From Malacoraja senta (lineage: Eukaryota): DNA of 64,000 bases. The notes under the pieces were generated by a model that ran no database searches, was not told the DNA's origin, and saw only the letters and a program-made list of their open reading frames with translations. Both the position numbers and the translations under genes were made by a program. Positions 60,325 through 64,000 of this stretch are shown one piece after another. Position 1 is the stretch's first letter. Every line of letters begins with the position of its first letter. The DNA lies in assembly GCA_038087875.1 (NCBI GenBank), contig CM075995.1, positions 994,001-1,058,000 of the forward strand, in the 5' to 3' direction.

Positions 60325-60845
60325 TCAAGAGTCAAGAGTGTTTTATTGTCATGTCCCAGATAGAACAGTTAAATTCTTACTTGCTGTAGCACAACAGAAT
60401 ATGTAAACATAGTACACTGTAAACAACATGATAAACGAGAGAGTCAGAGCTTATTTGAGGTTGTAATGTAAAATAGCCTGGTGGCTGTAGGGAAGAAGCT
60501 GTTCCTGAACCGTTACAGTTTTCAGACTCCTGTACCTTCTTCCCAATGGCAAGGGTGAAATGAGAACGTGGCCAGGATGGTGTGGGTCTCTGATGATGCT
60601 GGCTGCCCTTTTGAGGCAGCGACTCCGATAAATCCCTTCGATTGTGGGGAGGACAGAGCCGGTGATGAACTGGGCAGTATTCACAACTATTTGCAGTCTT
60701 TTCCGCTCCTGGATGTTCAAGTTGCCGAACCAGGCCATGATGCAACCACTCAATATGCTCTCTACTGTACGCCTGTAGAAGTTCAAGACAATCCTCTTTG
60801 ACGTACCGAAGCTCCTTAATCTTCTCAGGAAGTAGAGGTATGCGG
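60325..60845 (-). mobile_element. Rex1-like LINE 3' fragment
   Basis: LYFLRRLRSF...FYRRTVESILSGCIMAWFG...IYRSRCLKRAASIIRDPHHP. Confidence 0.8.
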
Positions 60846-62434
60846 TTCTATTAAAATATAAGTAATTGTTGCAGTTGAGGAACATTGATTGGAGCAAGTG
60901 TTAGTCAAAAATATACTCGGAAGCAAGACGAAATGTCCTGAAGCAATTGTGTAAAGGGGGTCACGGTGAGGATATTGGCATAGACTCTGAGGTAATAACA
61001 GTGCTGTTTTAGCTAACATTCTGTAATGGGTAGAAAATGAAAAAGGGTTAATCCTGCAAGCTTTCAAAAATTCCTTCACCTGTGTCCAAGGAACTTTGCT
61101 TTCTCAGCATTAAATAGGGAAATCTGTTTTTAGTTAGTCAAAAGCAAATAATTTTGATGCTATAATTGCCAAGATCAATATTCATTGGTAAGATCGAGTT
61201 GCAACCTTCCAAAATATTTGACCTTAAAGCTGTATTCCAGCAGTTCTGAAAAGCCAAAGAGACAAAATGTCTGAGACGGGTTAAAAGATAGTAGTGTCCA
61301 AAAATTCAGGATCATGTAGTGTTTTTCAGGTTAAACTTTGAAGACTTATGATGTCTGTCATGTGTCACCTCTGCTTCATCTCCAGGCAGATTTCACTGTG
61401 GAAGCTGGGGTTTGTTTCATACCGTGTGAATTAACCTCTCATTATTAAGTAGTGCCAAGATGATTTAAGGTGAAGTCTTGGAGGGTAGAAAAAGAATTGA
61501 GAAAGAATAAATTAATTTGGAAATTGTGCACTAAAAGGAAGCAGGCCAGGAGAATTGGTTTAACTCCAAGGAGCTTAAATGCAGAAATGAGAAATTGATG
61601 TTTCTATTGTAAAGAGCCTTGCTCAAACACCAGGAGAGCTAAATTCAGTTTTCAGCAATGCACACCAGAAAGGATATTTTGGCTTCAGCACAGTTGAATA
61701 TAATTGAAGTTGGGCTTAAAGGGTTAAGTTTTGATGAGTGCTGGATGAGTTTTTTTTTAAAATAATCCTTTGTGATTAAATGAGTTAAGATCTGATTCAA
61801 TTGAGGAATTTAAAAGAGAAATGCATACAATAAGGTATATGTAGGGCAATGATTTATCTGGTGGGTAGATACAGAAACAGGGCATGTCTTAAATTAGATT
61901 AAAGCCTATTGGGATGAAATCAGAAAAAGGAATAACTAAAATCTGAAACACTAACCTCACAATCCTCCCGTCCTGCTGATACAGGATCAGTTGAATTTTC
62001 AATAGATCAGTAGATATTTGTTAGAAATGGGTTCCACAGAATGTGGAACAACTTTTGACATATGATGGTATATATATTCTGTTGTGCTGCAGCAAGTAAG
62101 AATTTCATTGTTGTATCTGGGACATATGACAATAATACACTCTTGACCACAAGATATTGCAGCGAATTGTGGATGCAGCCCAGACTATCTCACAAAGCAA
62201 CCTCCCTTCCATTGACTCCATTTATACCTCACGCTGCCTCGGCAAGGCTAGCAGCATAATCAAGGATGAGTCGCACCTTGGCCACTCCCTCTTCTCCCCT
62301 CTCCCATCAGGCAAAAGGTATAGAAGTGTGAAAATGCACACCTCCAGATGCAGGGACAGTTTCTTCCCAGCTATTACAGGCAACTGAATCATCCTACCAC
62401 AACCAGAGAGCAGTCCTGAAATATTATCTACCTC

Positions 62435-64000
62435 ATTTGATAAGGTCCCACATAGGAGATTAGCAGGCAAAATTAGAGCACATGGTATTGGGGGTAGGGT
62501 GATGACATGGATAGAAAATTGGTTGGCAGACAGGAAACAAAGGGTAGGAATTAACGGGTCCCTTTCAGAATGGCAGGCAGTGACTAGTGGGGTACCGCAA
62601 GGCTCGGTGCTGGGACCGCAGCTATTTACAATATATATTAATGATTTGGATGAAGGGATTAAAAGTAACATTAGCAAATTTGCAGATGACACAAAGCTGA
62701 GTGGCAGTGTGCACTGTGAGGAGGATGCTATGAGAATGCAGGGTGACTTGGACAGGTTGTGTGAGTGGGCAGATGCAGTTTGATGTGGATAAATGTGAGA
62801 TTATCCACTTGGTGGCAAAAACAGGAAGGCAGATTATTATCTAAATTGATTGATTGATTGATTGATTGATTTATTTCTTGTCATTTGAACCTCAAAGAGG
62901 CTCAAACGAAACTCCGTTTCCACAGCCATACAAACAAAACAATTCTTACACGACACACAAACAATTCAATTTACAGAAAAACATCCATCACAGTGAATCT
63001 CCTCCTCACTGTGATGGAAGGCAAAGTCATTTCTTTCCCCTGCACCATTTTTCTCCCGATGTTGAAGCCCCAGGCGGGCAATGTTAAGTCCCACGGCCGT
63101 TGAGGCCGCGCCGGGCGGTGTACGGCCCCGCTCCAGTCCAAAAGTCACAAGGTTGGAGCCCCCGGCGGGCGCTGGAATATCCCGCCGCCATTAAAGACGC
63201 TCCGGGCGATTTACGGCCCCACTCCGGGTCGTTCCAACCCCGCGACACGGGCGGGAGAAGTTGCGTTGCGGGAGCTCCGGAAAGCGGTCTCTCACCCGGA
63301 CCCGCGAGCTCCCGATATCACAGTCCACGGGTCTGCAGCTGCAGCTGGAGCTTCGGAGTGAGCAGCAACGAGTCACCACCGCTCCCTGCGCTCCGAGGAC
63401 GGCCAGCTACACAGGCTCCGCGACTGGAGCCCCCAGGTCGTCCCGGTCGGAGGCCGCTCCACGGAGCTAGGCCCCAACGACAACGGAGACCCGACAGGGA
63501 AAAGGTCGGGTCTCCCGTGCAGGGAATAGATTTTTTTTAAAGTTTCCCCCTGGTGTCAAGTTGGGAAAAGAGGAAGTACAATGGGATCTGGGGGGTCCTT
63601 GTTCATCAGTCACTGAAAGTAAGCATGTAGGTACAGCAGGCAGTGAGAAAGCGAATGGCATGTTGGCCTTCATAACATGAGGAGTTGAGTATAGGAGCAA
63701 AGAGGTCCTCCTGCAGTTGTACCTGGCCCTAGTGAGACCACACCTGGAGTATTGTTTGCAGTTTTGGTCTCCAAACTTGAGGAAGGACATTCTTGCTATT
63801 GAGGGAGTGCAGCGTAGGTTCAAGAGGTTAATTTCTGGGATGGCGGGCCTGTCATATGTTGATAGATTGGAGCGGCTGGGCTTGTATACTCTGGAATTTA
63901 GAAGGATGAGAGGGCATCTTATTGAAACATATAAGATTATTAATGGTTTCTGCACGCTAAAGGCAGGAAACATGTTCCAAATGTTGGGGGAGTCCAGAAC
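62435..64000 (+). mobile_element. CR1 RT-to-C-terminus fragment interrupted by a minus-strand GC-rich retroelement (about 62847-63550)
   Basis: [24 protein letters not shown]...KFADD. CR1 resumes at about 63551. The insert has a (TGAT)n end and matches the family at 1-487. Confidence 0.85.

Noticed and set aside
45977..64000. LRIT3 exons 1-2 (signal peptide, LRRs)
   Set aside because: No LRR-encoding frame found; the LDLSS in ORF 60024-60335 overlaps a LINE tail. These exons probably lie beyond the window.

Overview
Vertebrate genomic DNA, not prokaryotic. HE1-type SINEs and HER1/CR1 LINEs point to an elasmobranch, probably a skate or ray. Two host genes lie on the minus strand. LRIT3 contributes its last two coding exons (41287-41592 and 33346-34394); its first exons probably lie beyond 64000. 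About 31 kb downstream is the first coding exon of EGF (2190-2310), which the ORF track misses; it has a candidate TATA box and a 5'-leader motif resembling human EGF. The LRIT3-EGF order matches human 4q25. Most of the rest is nested transposable elements: three DIRS1-type tyrosine-recombinase retrotransposons; a DD34E Tc1; a 5'-truncated L1 split by a Rex1/Babar LINE with an intact ORF; a solo LTR inside a SINE; many CR1 and HE1 copies; Penelope-like elements; palindromic repeats with minimal hammerhead-ribozyme cores; several MITEs; and an 8.6-kb cluster of non-autonomous Helitron-like units that captured the hammerhead-bearing repeat. Comparisons to human sequences and TE families are from recall, not database searches. 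Boundaries of degenerate repeats are approximate.
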